A DNA stretch of 40,232 nt from Elusimicrobiota bacterium (GTDB lineage: Bacteria; Elusimicrobiota; Elusimicrobia; UBA1565; UBA9628): assembly GCA_027319565.1 (NCBI GenBank), contig DAHVNA010000016.1:1-40232 (forward strand). The letters are read 5' to 3'. This document shows positions 17,383 through 27,423 of the stretch, one piece after another. The position numbers and the translations under genes are program-made. Numbering within the stretch: the first letter of the stretch is position 1; each line of letters opens with the position of its first letter. The notes under the pieces are model-generated. The model was not told the origin of the DNA. It searched no databases and saw only the letters and a list, made by a program, of their open reading frames with translations.

Positions 17383-19926
17383 ATGAAAAATAAAATTTTA
17401 TTCTCGGCCGCTTTACTGATTATCATTTCGAGTTTAAATTCCGGATTTTCCCAGACACAAATTTCTCCCGCATCCAACGCCGTCACCATCAATTTTTTTC
17501 TACCCGGAGGAGCGGCCAAGGATATCGGCGAAAAAATTGAAAAAGCGGAACAACTCATTCACCAGCTTCTCAATATCTATGAAAAACACAAGCAGAAAAA
17601 GGCGGGAGAACACCCGAAGGAAATCATCACTTTTTCAGCCCCAGGATGGTCTCAAAAGATTTCCCGCAAGATCCGCTCCAAAATCATTCGCAAACTCATC
17701 TCCGACTGGGGCTCAAGAATTGAAATTATTTCCGGCAATCGAGTCTGGGCGCTCCACCAAGGCCATTTGCGGCTTATTTCAAAAAAAGATTTTAAAAAAA
17801 TTCAAAAGGAAGCTAAAGATCGTCTCAACCCCTTGATTGAAGGCCAATACACAAAAACATATGATGGCGGAAAAGATGGGGAGGACGGGTTAAAAGGAAA
17901 CGGGAGTCAGGCCGTGGCCGGGAAATATACCGAACAAAACCAAAACAGCCTCAACCCCGTCCAAACTCAACCCGGCGTTCAGATCAGCTATCTCGACCGC
18001 TCGGTCAATCCCTGCCAGGATTTTTATCATTTCGCCTGCGGAACCTGGATTAAGAAAAATCCAATTCCCGCCGAATATCCGCGTTGGGGCGCTTTCGACG
18101 CCCTGGCCCGCAAAAACAAGGTCTTATTAAAAGAACTTTTAAATCAACTGCAAGAACAGAAGACCAAAATCTCCTCTAATGAAGCGAAACTCTCCAATCT
18201 TTACGACTCCTGCATGGATCAAAAAAGCGTCGATAAAGAGGGGGCAAAACCTTTATTTACCGAGATTAAAAAAATCGACGCTTTGAGCTCAAAAAAAGAC
18301 CTGGCCCAAGAAATCGCCCAGCTGCAAATGTTGGGGGTCCCCGCGCTTTTTAATTTCGGTTCGGAACAGGATTATCAAAATGCCGATAAAATGATCGCGA
18401 CCTTGGATCAAGGCGGCTTTGCGCTTCCGGACCGGGATTATTATCTCAAAAAAGGTTTTTCCAAGGACCGCGCGGCTTATCTTAAGCACGTCCAAAAAAT
18501 GCTGGAACTCGCCGGAGAATCAAGCGCGCAAGCTCAACAAGACGCCGGGGAGGCTCTGGCCGTTGAAACCGCTCTGGCTCAAATCGCGCTTGACCGCGTT
18601 TCTCAACGAGACCCGCTCAAGGTCAACCACAAAATTACGCTAAGCGAACTTAAAAAAATTTCTCCGGACTTTAACTGGAGCGCCTATTTTAAGGCCGTGG
18701 GCGCGCCTCAATTTAAAGTTCTTAACGCCGCGGATTACGGCTTCATTAAAAACCTCAGCGCGGTCATCGAGCAAACCCGGCTTCAAAACTGGAAAGCTTA
18801 TCTGAAATGGCAGCTCGTTCACGCCGAGGCATCCGCGTTATCTTCCGCCTTCGTCGATGAAGACTTCGCCTTTTTCGGCAAAAGGCTGCGCGGAAGCAAA
18901 AAACTGATGCCAAGGTGGGAACGCTGCGTTAACTTTGCCAACAATGGAATGGGAGAAGCCTTGGGAAAAATCTATGTCGATAAAAATTTCCCTCCGGAAG
19001 CGAAAAAAGAGGCTCGGGAACTCCTCGTTCAAATCGAAAAATCCATGAACCAAGACATCCGTTCCATTTCCTGGATGGATATCAAGACCAAAGCCGCGGC
19101 TCTTAAAAAACTTGCCGCCATGAAAAACAAGGTCGGCTACCCCAAGCGCTGGCGCGATTATTCCAAACTCGCGATTATAAAGGGAGATAATATTGGAAAT
19201 TACGAGCGCGCCGCGGGCTTTGAATTCAAGCGCGATATTGGGAAAATCGGAAAGAAAACTGATCGGAGCGAATGGCAGATGACCCCGCCGACGGTCAACG
19301 CCTATTATGATCCGGCGGAAAACGACATGAATTTTCCGGCGGGCATTTTGCAACCGCCTTTTTACGATCCTAAGGCCGATTTAGCGTCTAATCTCGGGGC
19401 CATTGGCGCGGTCGAAGGACACGAACTCACCCATGGTTTTGACGATCAAGGCCGCATGTATGACGCGAAGGGAAATCTGCGCAATTGGTGGACACCCCAA
19501 GACGCGTCTAATTTTAAAAGCCGGGCGCAGTGTCTGATCAATCAATATTCGCAATATGTGGTTTCAAAAGATCCAAAGGATCCCAAAAAAGACCTCAAGA
19601 TTAATGGAAAGCTAACCTTGGGGGAAAACACGGCCGACAACGGCGGCATTCATTTGGCCTATTCGGCCTTGGAGAGAAATATCATTTCCCAACCGCAGAA
19701 AATTGGCGGCTTTACCCCGGAACAGAGATTCTTTATCGCCTGGGCGCAGACCTGGTGCGCCAATCAGACAGAACAGTCTAAAAAGCTTCAAGCTTTAACC
19801 GATCCACATTCTCTTCCAGAATATCGGGCCAACGGCGCGGTGTCTAATATGCCGGAATTCGGCCAAGCCTTTTCTTGCCCCGCCAACGCCCCCATGGTCC
19901 GCCAAAATGCCTGCCGGGTGTGGTAA
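17383..19926 (+). CDS. M13 family (neprilysin/PepO-like) zinc metallopeptidase with signal peptide and long N-terminal extension
   Basis: PCQDFYHFACG, VNAYY, FPAGILQPPF, GHELTHGFDDQG, GENTADNGG and DPHS motifs. Confidence 0.95.
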   Translation: MKNKILFSAALLIIISSLNSGFSQTQISPASNAVTINFFLPGGAAKDIGEKIEKAEQLIHQLLNIYEKHKQKKAGEHPKEIITFSAPGWSQKISRKIRSKIIRKLISDWGSRIEIISGNRVWALHQGHLRLISKKDFKKIQKEAKDRLNPLIEGQYTKTYDGGKDGEDGLKGNGSQAVAGKYTEQNQNSLNPVQTQPGVQISYLDRSVNPCQDFYHFACGTWIKKNPIPAEYPRWGAFDALARKNKVLLKELLNQLQEQKTKISSNEAKLSNLYDSCMDQKSVDKEGAKPLFTEIKKIDALSSKKDLAQEIAQLQMLGVPALFNFGSEQDYQNADKMIATLDQGGFALPDRDYYLKKGFSKDRAAYLKHVQKMLELAGESSAQAQQDAGEALAVETALAQIALDRVSQRDPLKVNHKITLSELKKISPDFNWSAYFKAVGAPQFKVLNAADYGFIKNLSAVIEQTRLQNWKAYLKWQLVHAEASALSSAFVDEDFAFFGKRLRGSKKLMPRWERCVNFANNGMGEALGKIYVDKNFPPEAKKEARELLVQIEKSMNQDIRSISWMDIKTKAAALKKLAAMKNKVGYPKRWRDYSKLAIIKGDNIGNYERAAGFEFKRDIGKIGKKTDRSEWQMTPPTVNAYYDPAENDMNFPAGILQPPFYDPKADLASNLGAIGAVEGHELTHGFDDQGRMYDAKGNLRNWWTPQDASNFKSRAQCLINQYSQYVVSKDPKDPKKDLKINGKLTLGENTADNGGIHLAYSALERNIISQPQKIGGFTPEQRFFIAWAQTWCANQTEQSKKLQALTDPHSLPEYRANGAVSNMPEFGQAFSCPANAPMVRQNACRVW

Positions 19927-19932
19927 AACTTC

Positions 19933-20622
19933 ATGGCTATTACATCAATTACCAACCGGAAAATAGGTCCGCTTAAAGTCATTGATGTCGGCGAAGAAAA
20001 AAACGCCCCGACCATCGTCTTGTTTCACGGCTACGGAGCCTCGGGTTCGGATCTGGCGCCCGTGTCCGCTGAAACCCCGCTTGATTTTCCAGCGCACTGG
20101 ATTTTTCCGGACGCGCCCAAGCGAACTCATTTTGGGGGACTCGCGTGGTTTGAGATTGATGAACAAGCTATTCAAAAGGCTCAACAGGATGGAATCTCCG
20201 CCGATTTTTCAAATTCAGAACCGCCTGATTTTAAAGAGGCGCAAAAAACTGCGGAAGATTTCATCAAAGCGCTTAACATCCCTTGGGAAAACATGATTAT
20301 CGGCGGGTTTAGCCAGGGTTCGATGCTGGCGACTGAAATCGCCCTCTCTCAAGAAAAACCGCCCAAGGGTCTTGCCATTTTTTCGGGGAACCTCATCCAT
20401 CAAAAATCGTTGCTTCAAAAAGCCCCTTTGAAAAAAGGGCTTCCATTTTTTCAAAGCCACGGAATTGCCGACCCTATTTTGGGGCTTTCCGGCGCCTTAA
20501 AGTTGTTTGATCTCTTGACCCACTCGGGGCTTAAGGGCGAATTTTTTAAATTCGAGGGCGGCCACACGATTTCACTCGAAGTCCTTGAAGCCTTTGGCTC
20601 ATGGCTTCAAAATCTCCGCTAA
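19933..20622 (+). CDS. Phospholipase/carboxylesterase (alpha/beta hydrolase)
   Basis: LFHGYG, GFSQG nucleophile, HGIADP and GGH motifs. Confidence 0.92.
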   Translation: MAITSITNRKIGPLKVIDVGEEKNAPTIVLFHGYGASGSDLAPVSAETPLDFPAHWIFPDAPKRTHFGGLAWFEIDEQAIQKAQQDGISADFSNSEPPDFKEAQKTAEDFIKALNIPWENMIIGGFSQGSMLATEIALSQEKPPKGLAIFSGNLIHQKSLLQKAPLKKGLPFFQSHGIADPILGLSGALKLFDLLTHSGLKGEFFKFEGGHTISLEVLEAFGSWLQNLR

Positions 20623-20633
20623 TCTGTCAAATA

Positions 20634-22631
20634 TCAGTCTTCTTCACGGCTCTGGAGTTTCTCAAGAGCGCCCAAGTCTTCCAGAGTCGTGATATCGCCT
20701 TTCACCGCGCCTCCGGCGGCTATTTCGCGAAGAAGCCGCCGCATGATTTTTCCCGAGCGAGTTTTGGGAAGAAGAGGAGTAAAGCGAAGATCGGCGGGCT
20801 TGGCAATAGGGCTAATCGTTCGCCCGACATATTCTGAAATCTCGCGCTTAAGAGACTCATCGGGATTTTGACCTTCTTTGAGAGTGACAAACGCGCTGAC
20901 GGCTTGCCCGGTCAAATTATCCGGACGACCCACGACAGCGGCTTCGGCCACCGCCGGATGGGAAACCAAGGCGGATTCTATTTCCATCGTTGAAAGTCTA
21001 TGTCCGGAAACGTTTAAGACGTCATCGATGCGGCCAAGAATCCAAAAATAACCATCCTTGTCTTTTCTGGCGCCGTCTCCGGTGAAATAATAGGGAATGC
21101 CTTTTTTTCCGGGCGCGCGAACCTGGCTAAAATACTGTTCTTTATAACGCGCGGGATTTCCATAAATGGTCCGCAACATTCCTGGCCAAGGTTTCCGAAT
21201 GACCAAGTATCCGCCAGTCCCCAGAGAAACGGGTTTTCCCTCCCGGTCGACAACCTCGGCGTCAATTCCAGGAAGCGGCAGAGAAGCCGAGCCGGGCTTA
21301 CTCGGAGTCGCGCCCGGAAGGGGGGAAATCATAATTGAGCCTGTCTCCGTCTGCCACCAGGTATCCACAATCGGGCATCTCCCGCGACCGATATTTTTAT
21401 GATACCACTGCCATGCTTCCGGATTAATCGGCTCGCCGACACTCCCCAAAAGCCGCAGAGATGACAGGTCGTGTTTTTGCGGCCAAGATTCCCCCAAACG
21501 CATAAAGGCTCGAATCGCGGTTGGGGCAGTATAAAGAACGGATATTTTGTGCCGCTCGATCATATCCCAAAACCGATCCGGAGCCGGATGCATCGGAGCG
21601 CCCTCATACATAAAAATTGTCGCTCCGTTTAAAAGCGGTCCATAAACCACGTAGGAATGTCCCGTCACCCACCCAATGTCTGCCGTGCACCAAAAAAGGT
21701 CCTCATCTTTTAAATCAAAAACATATTTGGTCGTCCAGGCGGCCTGAACCAGATACCCGCCGGTCGTGTGCAAAATTCCTTTGGGCTTTCCAGTCGATCC
21801 CGAGGTATAAAGAATAAACAAAGGATGTTCGCTGTCTAGCTTTGCGGCAGGGCAATTTTCGGAGGCCTCGGACAAAACCTCAAACCAATCGACATCCCGC
21901 CCCTCGATCCAGGAGGTGTTTTCCACGATCCCGCGATTAACGACTAAGACTTTTTGAACGCTGGGCGCGCTTTTAAGGGCTTCATCGACCACGTCTTTAG
22001 GCTTAACAATCAAGCCTTTCCGGAAAAATCCATCGGCGGTGATGACCAGTTTGGCTTGGGCGTCTTGAATGCGCTCCGACAACGCCGAAGCCGAAAATCC
22101 CGCAAAAACGACATTATGCGGGGCGCCGATTCTAGCGCAGGCTAAGATAGCGATGACGGCCTCCGGAATCATCGGCATATAAATCGCCACGCGATCGCCG
22201 GATTGAATACCCAAATTTTTTAAGGCATTGGCGGCGCGACAAACCTCGCGGTGAAGTTGAAGATAGGTAAGCACCCGCTTTTCTTTATTTTCGCCTTCCC
22301 AAATCAACGCGGCTTTATGCCGGCGAAAACCGGTTAGATGACGATCGAGGGCATTGTAGCAGGCATTGGTTTTGCCGCCGACAAACCATTTTGCAAACGG
22401 CGGCTTCCATTCCAGGGTTTTTCGCCAAGGCTTAAACCAAAACAACTCTTGAGCGGCGAGATTCCAAAATTTTTCCGGGTTTAAAAGAGACCCTTGCCGT
22501 ATTTTCTTAAGTTCCGAAAAACTCCCGACACGAGACGCGCGGCTAAATTCTTTCGGAGGGGGGTAAGAGCCTTTTTCCCGCAATAAAACATCTATTCCTG
22601 ATTCTTTCTTCCGTGAATTTTTAGTCGTCAT
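20634..22631 (-). CDS. acs: Acetyl-CoA synthetase
   Basis: [38 protein letters not shown] and [12 protein letters not shown] motifs. Confidence 0.97.
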   Translation of the reverse strand: MTTKNSRKKESGIDVLLREKGSYPPPKEFSRASRVGSFSELKKIRQGSLLNPEKFWNLAAQELFWFKPWRKTLEWKPPFAKWFVGGKTNACYNALDRHLTGFRRHKAALIWEGENKEKRVLTYLQLHREVCRAANALKNLGIQSGDRVAIYMPMIPEAVIAILACARIGAPHNVVFAGFSASALSERIQDAQAKLVITADGFFRKGLIVKPKDVVDEALKSAPSVQKVLVVNRGIVENTSWIEGRDVDWFEVLSEASENCPAAKLDSEHPLFILYTSGSTGKPKGILHTTGGYLVQAAWTTKYVFDLKDEDLFWCTADIGWVTGHSYVVYGPLLNGATIFMYEGAPMHPAPDRFWDMIERHKISVLYTAPTAIRAFMRLGESWPQKHDLSSLRLLGSVGEPINPEAWQWYHKNIGRGRCPIVDTWWQTETGSIMISPLPGATPSKPGSASLPLPGIDAEVVDREGKPVSLGTGGYLVIRKPWPGMLRTIYGNPARYKEQYFSQVRAPGKKGIPYYFTGDGARKDKDGYFWILGRIDDVLNVSGHRLSTMEIESALVSHPAVAEAAVVGRPDNLTGQAVSAFVTLKEGQNPDESLKREISEYVGRTISPIAKPADLRFTPLLPKTRSGKIMRRLLREIAAGGAVKGDITTLEDLGALEKLQSREED

Positions 22632-22695
22632 ACCCGCATATTAACATTTTCAAGCGCGTAGAGACGACTGCGCTGGAGTCGACCGGAAACCGGGC

Positions 22696-23133
22696 TTATT
22701 TCACAAAACGCAGTATCGTAATTAGAAAGCTGAGGAAAGCAAAGCCTCCTAAAAACATCCGCTCCATATGCCGAAAGCGAGAACCCATTTCTTTTTGGAT
22801 GTAATCAAACCTCTGATCGACTCGCTCGAAACGCTGATTGACTTGTTCAAAGCGCCGATCGACTTGCTCAAAGCGCTGATTGACTTGTTCAAAGCGCTGA
22901 TCGACTTGTTCAAAGCGCTGATCGACTTGTTCAAAGCGCTGATTGATTTGTCCGAAACGATCATTGACGCTTTCCTCAAGATGAGCGATATGATTAAACT
23001 GCATCTTGAGCATCAGAGGAATAGCTTTATCTTCCGAAAGAATCCCCTTTTTGGTGACTTCTTCCTCCGCCTCTTTGACCTTTCGGTCCAAAAACCTCAT
23101 TAAAATTTCCATGGCCGCATTTTTCTCGAACAT
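22696..23133 (-). CDS. Heptad-repeat coiled-coil protein with C-terminal transmembrane anchor (DUF1640/Bdr-like architecture)
   Basis: FEQVDQR-type repeats; hydrophobic C-terminus; SD AAGGAGG. Confidence 0.8.
   Translation of the reverse strand: MFEKNAAMEILMRFLDRKVKEAEEEVTKKGILSEDKAIPLMLKMQFNHIAHLEESVNDRFGQINQRFEQVDQRFEQVDQRFEQVNQRFEQVDRRFEQVNQRFERVDQRFDYIQKEMGSRFRHMERMFLGGFAFLSFLITILRFVK
22807..22974 (-). repeat. Eight 21-nt tandem repeats (intragenic VNTR)
   Basis: Plus-strand unit aaagcgctgatcgacttgttc, with degenerate terminal copies. Confidence 0.95.
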
Positions 23134-23304
23134 ACCTTCCTCCTTATTTTAGCATCCCATTCGACGTTTCGCCAGGCTTTTCCAGCCGCTGGCCGATTGA
23201 CTCAACACCGCCCCATATATTACTTACGAAAAAGTCCCCAAAATGTTCCCGCGCCAAAACAATCGTAAAGGGAATTTGAGAATTTTTTGTATAATAAAGT
23301 CATT

Positions 23305-23442
23305 ATGCTACCTACATTTAGACCTCATAACAAGAAAAGAAAGCGAGCCATCGGGTTCCGAGCTCGGATGAAGACCCCCGGCGGACGCGGAGTTTTGAGC
23401 CGCCGAAGGCAGAAGGGTCGTCACGTCCTCGTCCAAGCCTAA
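23305..23442 (+). CDS. rpmH: 50S ribosomal protein L34
   Basis: Hand translation [51 protein letters not shown] at 23290-23295; precedes rnpA. Confidence 0.97.
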   Translation: MLPTFRPHNKKRKRAIGFRARMKTPGGRGVLSRRRQKGRHVLVQA

Positions 23443-23827
23443 GACTTCGATTCGCTTTCGCCTCAACTCTAAGGCGCGGCTTAAATCCCGCAAAGAGTTT
23501 GGCCGAGTGTTTTCATATGGGAAAAAAATTGCCATTCCCGGCGTTGTTTTGCGTTTCTCAACCCGCCCAATCAGCGATCCCCAATCGTTTTCAATGAAAC
23601 CAGAAAAACCCCGCTTTGGAGTTTCGGTCGCCAAAAAGACCGGAACCGCCGTTAAAAGAAACAGGCTTAAACGCCTCGCCCGCGAATCCTTTCGGCTTAA
23701 CCAGAATCGGCTCAGAGGCGGAATTGACATCATCGTTTCAATTCAGCCTAACTGCGCCTGGCAAAATTTTACCGACGCGGAAAAAGACTTTCTCAAACTC
23801 TGCGAAAAAGCGGAGATTCTGGCATGA
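23423..23827 (+). CDS. rnpA: Ribonuclease P protein component (start uncertain, probably non-canonical)
   Basis: [25 protein letters not shown] (RNR motif); the conserved N-terminal [12 protein letters not shown] lies upstream of the first canonical start (GTG 23507). Confidence 0.93.
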   Translation, partial: TSSSKPKTSIRFRLNSKARLKSRKEFGRVFSYGKKIAIPGVVLRFSTRPISDPQSFSMKPEKPRFGVSVAKKTGTAVKRNRLKRLARESFRLNQNRLRGGIDIIVSIQPNCAWQNFTDAEKDFLKLCEKAEILA

Positions 23828-24036
23828 AAAGGCTTTTTCTTTTTTTTATCTCCCTTTATCAAAAACTCTTTCGCCCTTTTTTACGCCCCTCATGCCGGTT
23901 TTATCCCAGCTGTTCCGATTACGCGAGAGAATCCATTCAAACGCACGGAAGCCTGCGAGGAAGCTATTTCTCTATTCGGAGACTACTCAAATGCCACCCC
24001 TTCCATCCGGGAGGGTATGACCCCGTAAAACCCTAG
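23824..24036 (+). CDS. yidD: Membrane protein insertion efficiency factor YidD
   Basis: CRFYPSCSDY and RLLKCHPFHPGGYDPV motifs. Confidence 0.96.
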   Translation: MKRLFLFFISLYQKLFRPFLRPSCRFYPSCSDYARESIQTHGSLRGSYFSIRRLLKCHPFHPGGYDPVKP

Positions 24037-24042
24037 GAAATT

Positions 24043-25563
24043 ATGGAATCAATGAACACGGAAAAAAATCTTCTAATCGCCGTCGCCTTGTCCGTCTTAG
24101 TTTACGGACTTTGGTTTGTCTTTATCCAGAAAAAATACGCGCCTATTGCCAAGGTTCAAGCCTCTCAAAGCCAGGAACAGGCCTCAAGCCCAATGCCGTC
24201 CGCATCCGCGGTCCCACAAAACCCCGTTTCTCTCTCCATCAAAAATTACCCGCCCATCAACATAGATTTTGGGAAAGCGAAACTGACGGTTAATCCCGCC
24301 GGAGCCGGAGTCATTAGCTGGAAATATCAAGAACCTCTTGGACTTGTCGAACTCGTTGAAAATCCAAATCCCGGGTTTTTAGCGGCGTTTCCCAATTTAA
24401 AATTTACTCAAGACCCAAAAGCTCCAAACCCCACCTTTGAGGCCCGCCGCTTGGATGGCCTCATCATCACAAAAGAATTAATCCCTGCCGCTTCGGACAA
24501 TAAAGTTCCTGAAATCCAAATTACCTTGACCAACTCTTCCAATCAGATGATTCAGACCGGAGCCTGGAGCCTATCGGTCGGACCGGGGCTTGGCACCGTC
24601 GCGACCGAACAGAAAGAAAACCACAAAGTTTGGCGCGCACTTGGCTTAAGATACGGCGGACACGGACTGAACGGGAAATTAGACGCGTTTAAGCCGGGAA
24701 ATCATCAAGGCCCCTTTCAGTGGGTGGGCATCGACAATCGCTACTTTTTAACCGCTCTTCTTCCCAAAAACGGGGAGTTTTCCATCTCGAGTTTTATGCC
24801 TCCTGAAATTCTTTTAACAGCCCCGAATCTCATTTTAAACCCAAAAGCCAGCCATGTTTGGACTATCCCTTTTTATATCGGTCCCAAGGGATATACCAGG
24901 CTATCGCGCTATCATCTGGGACTGGAGCGTTCGATTAGTTTCGGGTTCTTCGCCCAAATCGGGCACCTGATTCTTGAAATTCTGGAAAAAATTTATTTAG
25001 TCACCGGCAATTGGGGATGGGCTATTATCCTGCTGACAATCGGGCTTCAGATACTGGTTTTCCCGCTCACGCTCAAAAGCCTTAAAGCCCAAGTCGCGAT
25101 GCGCAAACTCCAGCCCGAGATCACCAAGATTCAAAAAAAATATGCCTCGGAACCCGCTAAAATGAACGCCGAAATGATGGATCTCTACAAAAAAAACGGG
25201 GCCAACCCGCTGGGCGGATGTTTGCCGATGCTGATCCAAGCTCCTGTTTTTATCGCCCTCTACACGACCCTGCGAAATGCCTGGGAACTTCACGCCTCGG
25301 GATGGATTTTCTGGATCAAGGATCTTTCGGCCAAGGATCCCTACTATATTCTTCCGATCATCATGGGAGCTTTGATGTTCGCCCAAAACAAGCTCAATCC
25401 TCCGCCCGGAGATCCCGCGCAAGCCCAGATCATGACATGGATGCCGGTCATTTTTACAGTCATGTTTTTAAATTTCCCGGCGGGGCTTGTTCTTTACTGG
25501 TTGACCAACAGCTTGGTCAACGCCGTCATCCAGTTGGGACTTAAAAAATATTACAAGTACTGA
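24043..25563 (+). CDS. yidC: Membrane protein insertase YidC
   Basis: GNWGWAIILLT, NPLGGCLPMLIQ, WIKDLSAKDPYY and FPAGLVLYW motifs. Confidence 0.96.
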   Translation: MESMNTEKNLLIAVALSVLVYGLWFVFIQKKYAPIAKVQASQSQEQASSPMPSASAVPQNPVSLSIKNYPPINIDFGKAKLTVNPAGAGVISWKYQEPLGLVELVENPNPGFLAAFPNLKFTQDPKAPNPTFEARRLDGLIITKELIPAASDNKVPEIQITLTNSSNQMIQTGAWSLSVGPGLGTVATEQKENHKVWRALGLRYGGHGLNGKLDAFKPGNHQGPFQWVGIDNRYFLTALLPKNGEFSISSFMPPEILLTAPNLILNPKASHVWTIPFYIGPKGYTRLSRYHLGLERSISFGFFAQIGHLILEILEKIYLVTGNWGWAIILLTIGLQILVFPLTLKSLKAQVAMRKLQPEITKIQKKYASEPAKMNAEMMDLYKKNGANPLGGCLPMLIQAPVFIALYTTLRNAWELHASGWIFWIKDLSAKDPYYILPIIMGALMFAQNKLNPPPGDPAQAQIMTWMPVIFTVMFLNFPAGLVLYWLTNSLVNAVIQLGLKKYYKY

Positions 25564-25570
25564 GAAATCC

Positions 25571-26065
25571 ATGGATACCCTCACTCACCCAAAAGCGGGA
25601 AAAGAAATTCTTCCGATCGCGGAAAATTTAATGAAAGAAATTTTAAACGCGATGGGATTTGAAGACGTCTCCGTCTCTTCTTTATGGGATGAAAAACAGG
25701 ATAGAGGCAAACTCTCCTTGGAGGGGGAACTCGCGCAATATCTGATCGGTTTAGAAGGAAAAACAATTGAGTCTCTCCAACTTATCTTCAATATCCTGCT
25801 GGGCCGGAAATCCGGAAAAGAATGCGCGATCCAAGTAGACGCCCTTGGATACTGGGACAAAAAAGAAAAAGAGATTTTCTCCAAGGTAGAATATGGGATT
25901 TCGGAAATCAAGCGTTCGGGAGCTCCTTATCGATTGCCGCCAATGAACGCGGCGATGCGGCGAATCATTCACAAAACCTTGGCCAATCACCCGGAGGTTG
26001 AAAGCTCTTCCGAAGGGGAAGGCGTTTGGAGAAAAATCGTCCTTTATCCGCGCAAAAATCATTGA
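25571..26065 (+). CDS. jag: Jag/KhpB-family KH-R3H RNA-binding protein (short form)
   Basis: LIGLEGKTIESLQ (KH), PMNAAMRRIIH (R3H) and SEGEG motifs; located between yidC and mnmE. Confidence 0.88.
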   Translation: MDTLTHPKAGKEILPIAENLMKEILNAMGFEDVSVSSLWDEKQDRGKLSLEGELAQYLIGLEGKTIESLQLIFNILLGRKSGKECAIQVDALGYWDKKEKEIFSKVEYGISEIKRSGAPYRLPPMNAAMRRIIHKTLANHPEVESSSEGEGVWRKIVLYPRKNH

Positions 26066-27423
26066 ACCAAGAAACCATCGTCGCCATTGCCACTCCACAA
26101 GGGAAAAGCGCGCTGGGAATCATTCGTCTCAGCGGCCTAAACGCTTTGAAAACCGCCGCAAGATTTCTTCAAATTGATCCTCAAACTCTCAAACCAAGGA
26201 CCGCGATTTTAACGAGAGCTTCTTTAAAAGGAGAGTTTATCGATGAGGTCATCGCGCTTTATTTTGCTCAAGCCGCAAGCCCGACCGGAGAAGATCTCAT
26301 CGAAATTACCTCGCATGGTTCGCCCTTCATTCTGTCTTCTTTGCTCAAAGCGGCGCTGGAAAGCGGCGCGCGGATGGCGACCCCCGGAGAATTTACCCGA
26401 AGAGCCTTTCTTAACGGAAAAATGGATCTCTCCCAGGCGGAAGCCGTCTGCGATCTGATACGCGCGGAAAATCAGGCCTCTCACCGCGCGGCTCTACTTC
26501 AAGTTTCCGGCGGAATCTCAAAAAGACTGAACCAAATCAAAACTCCTCTCCTTGAGATGCTCGCTCACATCGAGGCCTGCCTCGATCATCCGGAAGAAGA
26601 ATTGCCGCCGCCTCCGGAAAATGAATTTCTTCTTTCTCTCCATCAAACTCATCAAGCGATTACTAATTTCGCTTCAACATATGAAAGGGGAAAAAAGATT
26701 TTAAGCGGCCCGAGGATTTGCATCGCCGGCCTTCCCAATTCCGGAAAATCAAGTCTTCTCAACGCTCTTTTAGGGCGAGAGCGCGCCATCGTCTCTGAAA
26801 TTCCGGGAACGACCAGAGACACCATTGAAGAATCCCTGCCCTTGGGGGAAATAACGCCGCTTTTAATTGACACCGCGGGAATCCGGGAGCAAGCCTCAGA
26901 CGTTGTTGAACAAGAAGGAATCCGCAGAACGCAAGAAGCCCTGGAAAATAGCGATTTAACCCTCATCGTCATTGACGGCTCCCGGAGCATTTCTCTTGAA
27001 GAGGAAAAAACTCTTCTCTCTATCGCCAACGCCGCGAAAAAAGAAAATAAACCCGCCATTTTTGCTTTAAACAAATCGGATTTGCCGCGCCGCATCGCTG
27101 ATGACTGGGAAGGAATTTCCGTTTCGGCCTTATTGGGAGAAGGAATAGAAAACCTCAAAAAAACATTATCGGAACGATTGTCCCAAGAAACCCTGGGGCA
27201 TGAAATTCTCATCACCCATTTTCGCCATCATCAAGCCTTAACAGAAGCGGCCAAAGAAATTCTTCTAGCGGAAAATTCCATCCGTGATAATGTCAAAAAA
27301 TGGGAAGAAAGAGCCGCTTTCCACCTTCGGCAGTGCCTCTACTTTCTAGGAGAAATTACCGGCGACAACGCCGGCGAAGAGGTTCTCAACTCCATTTTCT
27401 CCAAATTCTGCGTTGGAAAATGA
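26062..27423 (+). CDS. mnmE: tRNA modification GTPase MnmE
   Basis: TIVAIATP, PGEFTRRAFLNGKMDL, GLPNSGKSS, PGTTRD, DTAG, NKSD and C-terminal FCVGK; TTG start overlapping the jag stop. Confidence 0.96.
   Translation: MNQETIVAIATPQGKSALGIIRLSGLNALKTAARFLQIDPQTLKPRTAILTRASLKGEFIDEVIALYFAQAASPTGEDLIEITSHGSPFILSSLLKAALESGARMATPGEFTRRAFLNGKMDLSQAEAVCDLIRAENQASHRAALLQVSGGISKRLNQIKTPLLEMLAHIEACLDHPEEELPPPPENEFLLSLHQTHQAITNFASTYERGKKILSGPRICIAGLPNSGKSSLLNALLGRERAIVSEIPGTTRDTIEESLPLGEITPLLIDTAGIREQASDVVEQEGIRRTQEALENSDLTLIVIDGSRSISLEEEKTLLSIANAAKKENKPAIFALNKSDLPRRIADDWEGISVSALLGEGIENLKKTLSERLSQETLGHEILITHFRHHQALTEAAKEILLAENSIRDNVKKWEERAAFHLRQCLYFLGEITGDNAGEEVLNSIFSKFCVGK

Noticed and set aside
22807..22974. 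Possible CRISPR array
   Set aside because: The 21-nt units are contiguous with no spacers, lie in-frame within a CDS, and there are no cas genes.
23308..23733. 141-aa minus-strand ORF
   Set aside because: Antisense shadow of rpmH-rnpA.
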